Assembly (NCBI RefSeq): GCF_000025505.1
Contig: NC_013849.1
Span: 870,001 to 902,000, forward strand
DNA from: Ferroglobus placidus DSM 10642
GTDB lineage: Archaea > Halobacteriota > Archaeoglobi > Archaeoglobales > Archaeoglobaceae
Direction of reading: 5' to 3'
DNA: 32,000 nt
Of this stretch, positions 1-7,252 are shown piece by piece. Below the pieces are notes generated by a model. The model was given only the letters and a program-made list of their open reading frames with translations, was not told the origin of the DNA and did not search any database. The translations under genes and the position numbers were made by a program. Each line of letters starts with the position of its first letter. Position 1 is the stretch's first letter.

Positions 1-572
1 CAACGAGCTGCTACGTTTACTTTGAAAAATTTAGGGAAATGCCGGATTACTACATTCAACCCATAGGCAGCGGGACGGGAGTTATAGCATTCTACGAAGG
101 CTACAAGAGAGTTTCAAAAGAGTTTAACGTTAAAAAACCGAAGATAGTTGTCGTGCAGAACGAACCTTTTACTCCCGTTGTTGACGCTTGGAAGAAAAGG
201 AGCAGAGAGATAAATTCCTACGAAGACCCCCTCGATAAGCTCTACGCGAAGGTTCTGTCTAACAGGAACCCGCTTTACAGCGTGAAAGGCGGACTTTACG
301 ACATTCTTTCAGATACAGACGGAGAAGCTATAGGCATTTCAGAGGCTGAAGCAAAAAAAGCCGGAAAAATTTTCAAGAAGGAGTTTGGAATCACTCTACA
401 TCCAGCTGCAGAAGTTGGTCTGGCTTCTCTTGAAAAAATTAATGTGAGAGGAAAAATACTCGTGAATGTAACCGGAGCCGGTTTGGACAGATTAAAGAGA
501 GATTACAAGCTTAGAAGAGTTAAAGAAGACTTCGTCGTTTCCTCGGAAGAAGATCTGGAGATGATCGAATGA
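1..572 (+). CDS. PLP-dependent cysteate synthase / threonine synthase-like protein, C-terminal part (5' truncated by the window edge)
   Basis: Frame is open from base 3 (TSCYVYFEKFREMPDYYIQPIGSGTG...), so the ORF-track start at 39 is internal. Glycine-rich PLP phosphate loop 'PIGSGTG'. Stop overlaps the ComDE start by 4 nt (ATGA). Confidence 0.75.
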   Translation, partial: TSCYVYFEKFREMPDYYIQPIGSGTGVIAFYEGYKRVSKEFNVKKPKIVVVQNEPFTPVVDAWKKRSREINSYEDPLDKLYAKVLSNRNPLYSVKGGLYDILSDTDGEAIGISEAEAKKAGKIFKKEFGITLHPAAEVGLASLEKINVRGKILVNVTGAGLDRLKRDYKLRRVKEDFVVSSEEDLEMIE

Positions 573-1651
573 TCGAGGAAGAGTTCTTAAAAACTTTGGA
601 AAAAGCGAAAATAGACTACGTCCTAACTCTCCCTTGCGAGAGGGTAAAGAAGTTAATCTCTCTACTCCCCTCGAAATTCGAAATCGTAAACTTATCGAGA
701 GAAGAGGAAGGAGTAGGGATTTCCGCCGGACTATACATGGGAGGCAAAAAGCCGGCAATGCTGATCCAAAGCTCCGGGTTTGGGAATTGCGTCAACGCTT
801 TGATGAGCCTAACCAAATGCTACGAACTGCCTCTTCCGATTTTAATAAGCTGGAGGGGGGTTTACGGAGAAAAGATAGAGGCTCAGAAACCCCTCGGCGA
901 AAGGTTGCCGAGGGTTCTTGAAGCTTTAGATATCGAATTCGTGGTATTCGACGGAAAAAATTTCGATGAAGTGGAAAATGCTATTAAAGAGAGCTTCGAA
1001 GAGGAGAAAATCGTAGCAGTTCTCCTCCGCCCGGACGTGTGGAGCGAAGCTGAAGACTTTTACTTCGAAAGACCGAAAGTAAAGAGGAAAGAGGTAAGAG
1101 TGGAGGAGTGCGAAGCAAAAATGACGAGATTCGAGCTTCTGAAAACGATTAAAGAGGAGCTCGAGGGGAAAATAGTTGTTTCGAACATAGGATATCCGAG
1201 CAGGGAACTCTACCACGTTTTGGATCAACCAACGAACTTCTACATGCTCGGAAGCATGGGATTGGCAAGTTCGATAGCTCTTGGAGTTGCTTTAACGGGG
1301 AAAGAAGTCATATCGATAGACGGAGACGGATCGATTCTTATGAATCCCTCCACGTTGTTCACAGCCGGAAGCGTTGATGTTGATCTAAAAATTCTGGCTG
1401 TAGATAACGCAGCCTACGGAAGTACGGGAAATCAGCCGACAGCTTCAGTTAAAGCAGATTTACAGCTCTTAGCAATCTCAGCAGCCTTCGAAAAAACTTT
1501 TAGGGCTAACGGAGAGGAAGTTAAAGAGATGCTGAAAGAGGGAGGGAAGGTTTTCATTCACTTCATAGCCAAGCCCGGAAATGCCAAAGTTCCGACGATT
1601 CCGATGAAAGCTGTTGAGATAAAGGAGAGGTTCATGGAGGCGATAAGATGA
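569..1651 (+). CDS. comDE: Sulfopyruvate decarboxylase, fused alpha (ComD) and beta (ComE) domains
   Basis: N-terminal ComD-like 'REEEGVGISAGLYMGGKKPAMLIQSSGFGNCVNALMSLTK'; C-terminal TPP-binding domain 'MLGSMGLASSIALGVAL...SIDGDGSILMNPSTL...VDNAAYGSTGNQPTA'. Confidence 0.85.
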   Translation: MIEEEFLKTLEKAKIDYVLTLPCERVKKLISLLPSKFEIVNLSREEEGVGISAGLYMGGKKPAMLIQSSGFGNCVNALMSLTKCYELPLPILISWRGVYGEKIEAQKPLGERLPRVLEALDIEFVVFDGKNFDEVENAIKESFEEEKIVAVLLRPDVWSEAEDFYFERPKVKRKEVRVEECEAKMTRFELLKTIKEELEGKIVVSNIGYPSRELYHVLDQPTNFYMLGSMGLASSIALGVALTGKEVISIDGDGSILMNPSTLFTAGSVDVDLKILAVDNAAYGSTGNQPTASVKADLQLLAISAAFEKTFRANGEEVKEMLKEGGKVFIHFIAKPGNAKVPTIPMKAVEIKERFMEAIR

Positions 1652-2172
1652 AAATCGTCGTGGGAACGGAAAATCCGGCTAAAGTAAGAGGAGTGGAAAG
1701 AGCTTTCAAAAAGTTTTTCGACGACGTGGAAATTTTTAAAAGAGCAGTCAATCCGGAAGTTTCTCCTCAGCCTTTTGATGAGGAAACGATAATAGGAGCT
1801 ATTAACAGGGCGAAAAAAGCTTACAGCGAAGACTTCGATTTTTCAGTCGGTGTCGAGGCTGGGTTGTTCAAAACTCGGAGAACTCTTTCCGGATACGTGG
1901 ATTTTCAGGTGGCTTGCGTTTACGACGGGGAAAAGTTTACGATCGGCTTTGGTCCGGGTTTCGAGTATCCTAAGAGGGTTGTTGGGGAAGTTCTGAAGGG
2001 GAAGGAAGTCGGGGAAGTAATGGAGAAGATAAGCGGGATAAAAGACCTCGGAGAAAAAATGGGGGCGATTGGATTTCTCACGAAAGGGAAAGTTGAGAGA
2101 AGTGATTTAACTGAAATAGCTGTGACGATGGCTTTAATTCCTTGGCTCAACCGCGAGCTTTATGAGCTATAA
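1648..2172 (+). CDS. Inosine/xanthosine triphosphatase (YjjX/DUF84 family)
   Basis: 'MKIVVGTENPAKVRGVERAF...VSPQPFDEETIIGAINRAKKA...FSVGVEAGLF' is typical of the non-canonical NTP phosphatase family; 4-nt overlap with the upstream gene. Confidence 0.85.
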   Translation: MKIVVGTENPAKVRGVERAFKKFFDDVEIFKRAVNPEVSPQPFDEETIIGAINRAKKAYSEDFDFSVGVEAGLFKTRRTLSGYVDFQVACVYDGEKFTIGFGPGFEYPKRVVGEVLKGKEVGEVMEKISGIKDLGEKMGAIGFLTKGKVERSDLTEIAVTMALIPWLNRELYEL

Positions 2173-3013
2173 GCTTTTAGCCCCCTTCGACCCCTGGAAG
2201 TCAAAGTTATGCACTTGCCCGGCTAAGCTGTCCTTCAACCCCTATACTGGCTGCAACCATCGCTGCCTTTACTGCTATTCAACCTACATTCCCAATTTCT
2301 TCAACGCTCGCCCGAAGGAGAGACTTTTGATAAGGCTCGAAAAAGAGCTTAGAGAGATAAAAGCTGAAGCGTTAATTTCAATGTCCAACAGCAGCGACCC
2401 CTATCCTGAGATGGAGAAAAGCTTAGAGCTCACGAGAGCTTCTCTTGAGATGTTTAAGGAAAGGGGCTTGAAGGTGCTCGTGATTACGAAAAGCGATCTC
2501 GTTACGAGGGACATTGACATCCTCAAGGATATGAAAAGTGCCGTCGCTATAACAATAACTACTCTCGACGAATCCCTTGCTGAGAAAATCGAGCCCAACG
2601 CACCGAGTCCGAAGAGGAGGTTAAGAGCTCTGAAAAAGGTAAAAGAGGCCGGAATTCCGGCAATACTGAGACTCGATCCTGTGATTCCATTTTTAAACGA
2701 AAACGTGGAAGAAGTTTTGGAAAGAGCGAAATTCGTCGACCACGTGGTTTCCTCTACTCTAAAGCTCAGGGCTGATTCCTTCTCGAGACTTTCGAAAGCC
2801 TTTCCCGAATTGAAGGAGAAATTCAAGGAGCTTTACTTTAAACAGGGAGAAAAGATAGGAGGAAGCTGGTATTTAAGGAGAGAGCTTAGAGTGAAGCTTC
2901 TGTCGAAAGTTGCTGAGAAGTGCGAGGAGCTGAACTTAAGCTACGCTTTCTGCAGAGAAGGAATTCCTTTTAAAGCTAAGAGCTGCGACGGTTCGCATTT
3001 ACTCTTAAATTAA
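2162..3013 (+). CDS. Radical SAM protein, SplB-like
   Basis: CxxxCxxC motif in 'NPYTGCNHRCLYCYS'; 'SNSSDPYPEMEKSLELTR'; overlaps the upstream ORF by 11 nt. Confidence 0.85.
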   Translation: MSYKLLAPFDPWKSKLCTCPAKLSFNPYTGCNHRCLYCYSTYIPNFFNARPKERLLIRLEKELREIKAEALISMSNSSDPYPEMEKSLELTRASLEMFKERGLKVLVITKSDLVTRDIDILKDMKSAVAITITTLDESLAEKIEPNAPSPKRRLRALKKVKEAGIPAILRLDPVIPFLNENVEEVLERAKFVDHVVSSTLKLRADSFSRLSKAFPELKEKFKELYFKQGEKIGGSWYLRRELRVKLLSKVAEKCEELNLSYAFCREGIPFKAKSCDGSHLLLN

Positions 3014-3057
3014 GAGTTTCGTCAAGTTATTTTTGCAACTTTAGATCTCACAAATTT

Positions 3058-3384
3058 ATGGAAGAGGTTGCCAAGCTTGGGGATTTGGTTTTAAAGCTTG
3101 AAAAATTCGGTATGCTTTTTGCCTCTGCGATGATGATATTTAGCGGACTTACAATTCTCTTCGGTTTCAACCCATTGTACATCGCGGTATGCCTGACCTA
3201 TGCCGGAGTTTCGATAATACTAAGCTCTTCGATATTCTTCCCACTCTCAAATTTTGTAGTCGATTACTACGGAGTGATCGCGTTAGGACTTATTGCCTCT
3301 TCCATCATGCTCTTAATATACCTTGGAGCGTTTTTAATCAGCTTTTTTAAGGCAGGCAAGTCATCAAAAGAAGGAAAGCAATAG
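3058..3384 (+). CDS. Small membrane protein of unknown function
   Basis: 108 aa ORF with about three hydrophobic segments (FASAMMIFSGLTILFG, PLYIAVCLTYAGVSIIL, VIALGLIASSIMLLIYLGAFLI). Confidence 0.5.
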   Translation: MEEVAKLGDLVLKLEKFGMLFASAMMIFSGLTILFGFNPLYIAVCLTYAGVSIILSSSIFFPLSNFVVDYYGVIALGLIASSIMLLIYLGAFLISFFKAGKSSKEGKQ

Positions 3385-3491
3385 TTGGAGGAAGAGTGAG
3401 AACAGTTGTTGAGATTACCGAGAAAGGCTACAACGCTTACATTAATGAGGTGAAGAAGATAAAGAGATTGATAAGCGAAACCGGAATTTAG
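3351..3491 (+). pseudogene. Possible remnant of a winged-helix transcriptional regulator (C-terminal wing + helix only)
   Basis: Frame 3 translation read by hand: GRQVIKRKAIVGGRVRTVVEITEKGYNAYINEVKKIKRLISETGI*, which resembles 'K.F.G..PRT...ITEKG...' of small wHTH regulators; there is an upstream in-frame stop at 3348 and no N-terminal half. Confidence 0.4.
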
Positions 3492-3603
3492 GTAATCGTA
3501 CTTTATTTCATGAGTTCTACAGCGCTACGGAAAAAAGTAACTGCATAAAGACGACCTTTTGTCCTAGTAAAATTTTTGTACGTTGATTTTCAAATCAATA
3601 ACC

Positions 3604-3792
3604 ATGCCAGTCATAATTTTCGAGGGTCCGAAGTTGAGCAGAGAGCAGAAAAGCGAGCTCGTTGAGAAATTTACCGAAATTGCGTCGAACGTTACCGGTA
3701 TTGGGAGAGAAGCGTTCGTCGTTCTAATTAAGGAAAACGAACCGGACAACGTTGGAGTGGGTGGAAAGCTTCTGTCTGAACTCAAAAAATAA
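3604..3792 (+). CDS. 4-oxalocrotonate tautomerase family protein
   Basis: 'MPVIIFEGPKLSREQKSELVEKFTEIASNVTGIGREAFVVLIKENEPDNVGVGG'; start reassigned to the ATG at 3604 so that the catalytic Pro is residue 2 (Pro1 after Met removal). Confidence 0.8.
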   Translation: MPVIIFEGPKLSREQKSELVEKFTEIASNVTGIGREAFVVLIKENEPDNVGVGGKLLSELKK

Positions 3793-3799
3793 ATTTAAT

Positions 3800-4696
3800 T
3801 TATTTTTTCGTGTAATCGTAGAAACCTCTGCCAGTTTTTCTCCCAAGCAATCCAGCCCTAACCATTTGCTTAAGCAGCGGACAAGGCTTGTACTTGTCGC
3901 CAAGTTCTCTATGCAAGGTTTCTATTGCCGCAAGAACTATGTCCAATCCAATTAGGTCGGCTAACTCAAGGGGACCCATGGGGACGTTCGTGAACAGCCT
4001 CATCCCTCTGTCGATTTCTTCCTTCGTAGCTATCCCCTCGTAGAGAACCCAGATTCCCTCGTTTATCCAGGGCATCAGAATTCTGTTGGAGATGAATCCC
4101 GGAGAATCTTTGCAAACAACTGGCTCTTTTCCAAGCTTCCTTACAAAATCGAAGGCAAACTGAACAGTCTCTTCGCTCGTGAGAAGACCTCTGACTATTT
4201 CAACTCCTTTCATCAGTGGAACGGGATTCATGAAGTGAATTCCTACGAAGTTCTCCGGTTTTCTCGTAACCGAAGCCATCTCGGTTATGCTTAAAGTCGA
4301 GGTGTTAGAGGCGAAGATAGCATCTTCCCTCTTCACTATGTTGCTCAGCTCTCTGAAAACTGCTTTCTTAGCTTCCATGTCTTCGATTATCGCTTCTATA
4401 ACGACGTCGACGTTCTCAAAATCCTCAAGTTTTGTCGTCGTCTTTATTCTCTCCAGAGTCGCTTTCATTTCGTCCTCGCTTATCTTCCCTTTCTCCACGA
4501 ACTTGGAAAGGCTCTTTTTTATGTTTTCCATTCCTCTCTCTAAAAATCTCTCCTCGAGATCCCTCAAAATCACCTCGAAGCCAGCCATCGCACATACCTG
4601 AGCTATCCCACTACCCATCGTTCCCGCACCGAGAACTCCGACAACTTTCACGTCCTCAACCTTCATTTTCACCACCTCAAACCTTGATTTTACCAA
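3800..4696 (-). CDS. 3-hydroxyacyl-CoA (3-hydroxybutyryl-CoA) dehydrogenase
   Basis: NAD-binding 'VVGVLGAGTMGSGIAQVCAMAGFEV', 'FASNTSTLSITEMA', 'RKPENFVGIHFMNPVPLMKGVEIVRG'. The true start may be the internal Met (MKVEDVK, about 4666). Confidence 0.93.
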   Translation of the reverse strand: MVKSRFEVVKMKVEDVKVVGVLGAGTMGSGIAQVCAMAGFEVILRDLEERFLERGMENIKKSLSKFVEKGKISEDEMKATLERIKTTTKLEDFENVDVVIEAIIEDMEAKKAVFRELSNIVKREDAIFASNTSTLSITEMASVTRKPENFVGIHFMNPVPLMKGVEIVRGLLTSEETVQFAFDFVRKLGKEPVVCKDSPGFISNRILMPWINEGIWVLYEGIATKEEIDRGMRLFTNVPMGPLELADLIGLDIVLAAIETLHRELGDKYKPCPLLKQMVRAGLLGRKTGRGFYDYTKK

Positions 4697-5822
4697 TAAT
4701 CCTCCTCGCTATGACCATTTTCTGAGCTTCGCTCGTGCCTTCGTAGATCGTTCCGACTCTCGCATCCCGGTAGTATCTCTCGACGTCGTATTCCTTACTG
4801 TATCCGTAGCCACCGAAGATCTGGACGGCTTCGTAAGTCACCTTTACAGCCATTTCACTTGCGAAAAGCTTTGCAGCCGAGCTTAAAGCCGGATCGGGCT
4901 TGCCCTGATCGATTAGCCATGCCGCTTTAAAAACCAAAAGCTTGGCAGCTTCTATGTCCTTAAACATCTCAGCCAGCTTAAACTGAATAGCCTGATGCTC
5001 TATAAGCGGCTTACCAAAAGCCTTCCTCTCCTTAGCGTACTCCAAAGCCCTCTCGTAAGCACCTATCGCTATTCCGGTGTGCAAAGCGGCTATCTTAACT
5101 CTGCTTTCGTTGAAGAAAGCCATAAGCTGGTAAAATCCTCTGTTTTCCTCCCCTATTAAATGATCAGCCGGAACCCTCACGTTCTTCAAAGCCACCTCGC
5201 AAGTGTCGTGGCAGTGCATCCCCATTTTTTCAATCGGTCTCGCTTCGTATCCCTCTCTGTCTTGCTCCACAAGAAAAGCAGATATTCCTCTGTGGGGAGG
5301 ATCTACCTGAGCGGTTTTTGCAAGAACTACGGTGTAAATTCCAACGCTCCCGTTAGTTATGAACTGCTTCGTTCCGTTTATAACCCACTCGTCTCCTTCC
5401 TTAACCGCTCTCGTCCTCATCGCAGCCACATCTGTTCCGCAGTCCGGCTCGGTAACAGCTATGGCTGAAGGTCCTTCACCCCTCACAACTTTCGCCACGA
5501 ACTCCTTCTGCTCCTCGCTTCCGAACCTCAAAACCATGGGAACGCCGAGGGTTGCCAAATCTATAGCCGAGCCGATGCTGCTGTCCGCTCTGCAAAATTC
5601 CATACTGATTATAGCTTCAGCCAAGCAATCCATTCCAGCTCCGTCGTACTCCTCGGGAACGCTCGCTCCGATGTAGCCGAGCTTTGCCGCTTTCTTGTAT
5701 ATCTCCATCGGATACTGCTTCTTTTCGTCGTATTCCCTTCCGTATGGCTTTATCTCTTTCTCAGCGAACTCCCTGACGGCTTCCTGCAACATTTTGTGTT
5801 CTTCACTCAGCGAAAAGTCCAT
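4677..5822 (-). CDS. Acyl-CoA dehydrogenase
   Basis: 'AVTEPDCGTDVAAMRTRAV...WVINGTKQFITNG', 'KERKAFGKPLIEHQAIQFKLAEM', 'QIFGGYGYSKEYDVERYYRDARVGTIYEGTSEAQKMVIAR'. Confidence 0.97.
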   Translation of the reverse strand: MDFSLSEEHKMLQEAVREFAEKEIKPYGREYDEKKQYPMEIYKKAAKLGYIGASVPEEYDGAGMDCLAEAIISMEFCRADSSIGSAIDLATLGVPMVLRFGSEEQKEFVAKVVRGEGPSAIAVTEPDCGTDVAAMRTRAVKEGDEWVINGTKQFITNGSVGIYTVVLAKTAQVDPPHRGISAFLVEQDREGYEARPIEKMGMHCHDTCEVALKNVRVPADHLIGEENRGFYQLMAFFNESRVKIAALHTGIAIGAYERALEYAKERKAFGKPLIEHQAIQFKLAEMFKDIEAAKLLVFKAAWLIDQGKPDPALSSAAKLFASEMAVKVTYEAVQIFGGYGYSKEYDVERYYRDARVGTIYEGTSEAQKMVIARRIIGKIKV

Positions 5823-5833
5823 GGAATATCACC

Positions 5834-7015
5834 TCAGTAAAGTCTGAAAACCATCGCATCTCCCTGTGCCATTCCAGCGCAAAGGGTAACCACTCCGTAC
5901 TCGCTCTTTCTCCTCAGCATTTCGTGCATTAGAGTGACAACGAGTCTCGCTCCGGTAGCTCCGATCGGATGTCCTAAAGCTACCGCTCCTCCGTTAACGT
6001 TTACTCTGTCCATATCGAGGTTGAGCAAATACTTTCCCGAAATTAGCGTTACCGCTGCGAAAGCCTCGTTTATCTCCCACAAATCGATGTCATCTTTGTT
6101 CAATTCGGCTTTCTTCAAAGCTTTCTCAGCAGCATAAGCTGGAACGGTAGCTATGTACTTCGGATCTTGCGAAGCCTGTCCGTAGGAAACTATCTCAAGC
6201 TTCGGCTCCACCCCAAGTTCTTTAGCCTTATCCTCGCTCATAACAACAACAGCCGCAGCCCCATCGCTCGTGTTTGGAGCGTTTCCGGCGGTTATCTTTC
6301 CGTCTTTTCTGAAAACCGGAGGTAGACTTTTTATTTTTTCCAAGCTCGTGTCTCTCCTCGGACACTCATCAGTATCCACTACCCTTTCCCCTTTTTTCTC
6401 CTTAACGACGACTGGCACGATTTCCTCAGCGAACTTTCCTTCGTCAATAGCTTTAATCGCTTTAACGTGGCTGTAGTAAGCCCATTCGTCCATCTCATCT
6501 CTGCTAACTCCGAACTCGTCGGCAACATCTTCTGTGTTTTCAGCCATGTGCTGGTTGTAAATCGGATCCCAAAGCCCGTCGTGAACCATTAAATCAACGA
6601 GGACGTCGTTAAACATCCTGTAACCCCATCTCGCTTTGAGCAAACCGTAAGGAGCTGAGCTCATGCTTTCCATCCCGCCGGCTACAACAACTTCAGCTTC
6701 TCCGGTTTGAATCATCATGTGAGCTAAAGCAATTGCTTTTAAACCGGATGTGCAGACTTTGTTTAACTGAAAAGCCGGAACTTCTACCGGAATGCCGGCT
6801 TTTATGGCTGCCTGCCTTGCCGTGTTTTGCCCGCAGCCGGCTGTAACTACTTGCCCCATTATAACCTCATCGACGTCCTCCGGCTTTATGCCGGCTCTCT
6901 TCACAGCTTCTTTTATCACGAGAGCCCCAAGCTCAACAGCGGGAACATCTCTCAATGATCCTCCAAACTTACCTATTGGAGTTCTCACTCCAGAAACGAT
7001 AACCGACCTTACCAT
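5834..7015 (-). CDS. Acetyl-CoA acetyltransferase (thiolase)
   Basis: 'LNKVCTSGLKAIALA', 'VVVAGGMESMSSAPY', 'NVNGGAVALGHPIGATGARLVVTLMHEM', 'GVVTLCAGMAQGDAMV'. Confidence 0.96.
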   Translation of the reverse strand: MVRSVIVSGVRTPIGKFGGSLRDVPAVELGALVIKEAVKRAGIKPEDVDEVIMGQVVTAGCGQNTARQAAIKAGIPVEVPAFQLNKVCTSGLKAIALAHMMIQTGEAEVVVAGGMESMSSAPYGLLKARWGYRMFNDVLVDLMVHDGLWDPIYNQHMAENTEDVADEFGVSRDEMDEWAYYSHVKAIKAIDEGKFAEEIVPVVVKEKKGERVVDTDECPRRDTSLEKIKSLPPVFRKDGKITAGNAPNTSDGAAAVVVMSEDKAKELGVEPKLEIVSYGQASQDPKYIATVPAYAAEKALKKAELNKDDIDLWEINEAFAAVTLISGKYLLNLDMDRVNVNGGAVALGHPIGATGARLVVTLMHEMLRRKSEYGVVTLCAGMAQGDAMVFRLY

Positions 7016-7252
7016 GTTTTATCTTAGAAAAGAGGGGATAAAAAACTTTCTGAAATTCTATTAATTTAATTATTTAAATTAAAGATTATTATTTTTGCCC
7101 TGGCAATTAAAATTGTTAAATCGTTATAAAAGTGATTGCTCAACAACTGAACTGAATTAAGAGTAATTAGGTAACTTTAAAGAAAGCTAATAGTATCAAT
7201 GAAAGAAAATTATTTTTAATTAAGAATTTCAGATAATTAAGAGTGATCTGCT

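Noticed and set aside
39-572. Complete 177 aa protein starting at 39
   Set aside because: The frame is open to the window edge and the homologous domain begins mid-fold; it is a truncated gene.
634-921. 95 aa plus-strand ORF overlapping comDE in another frame
   Set aside because: Overlaps a well-supported CDS; Arg/Glu-rich out-of-frame product with no family resemblance.
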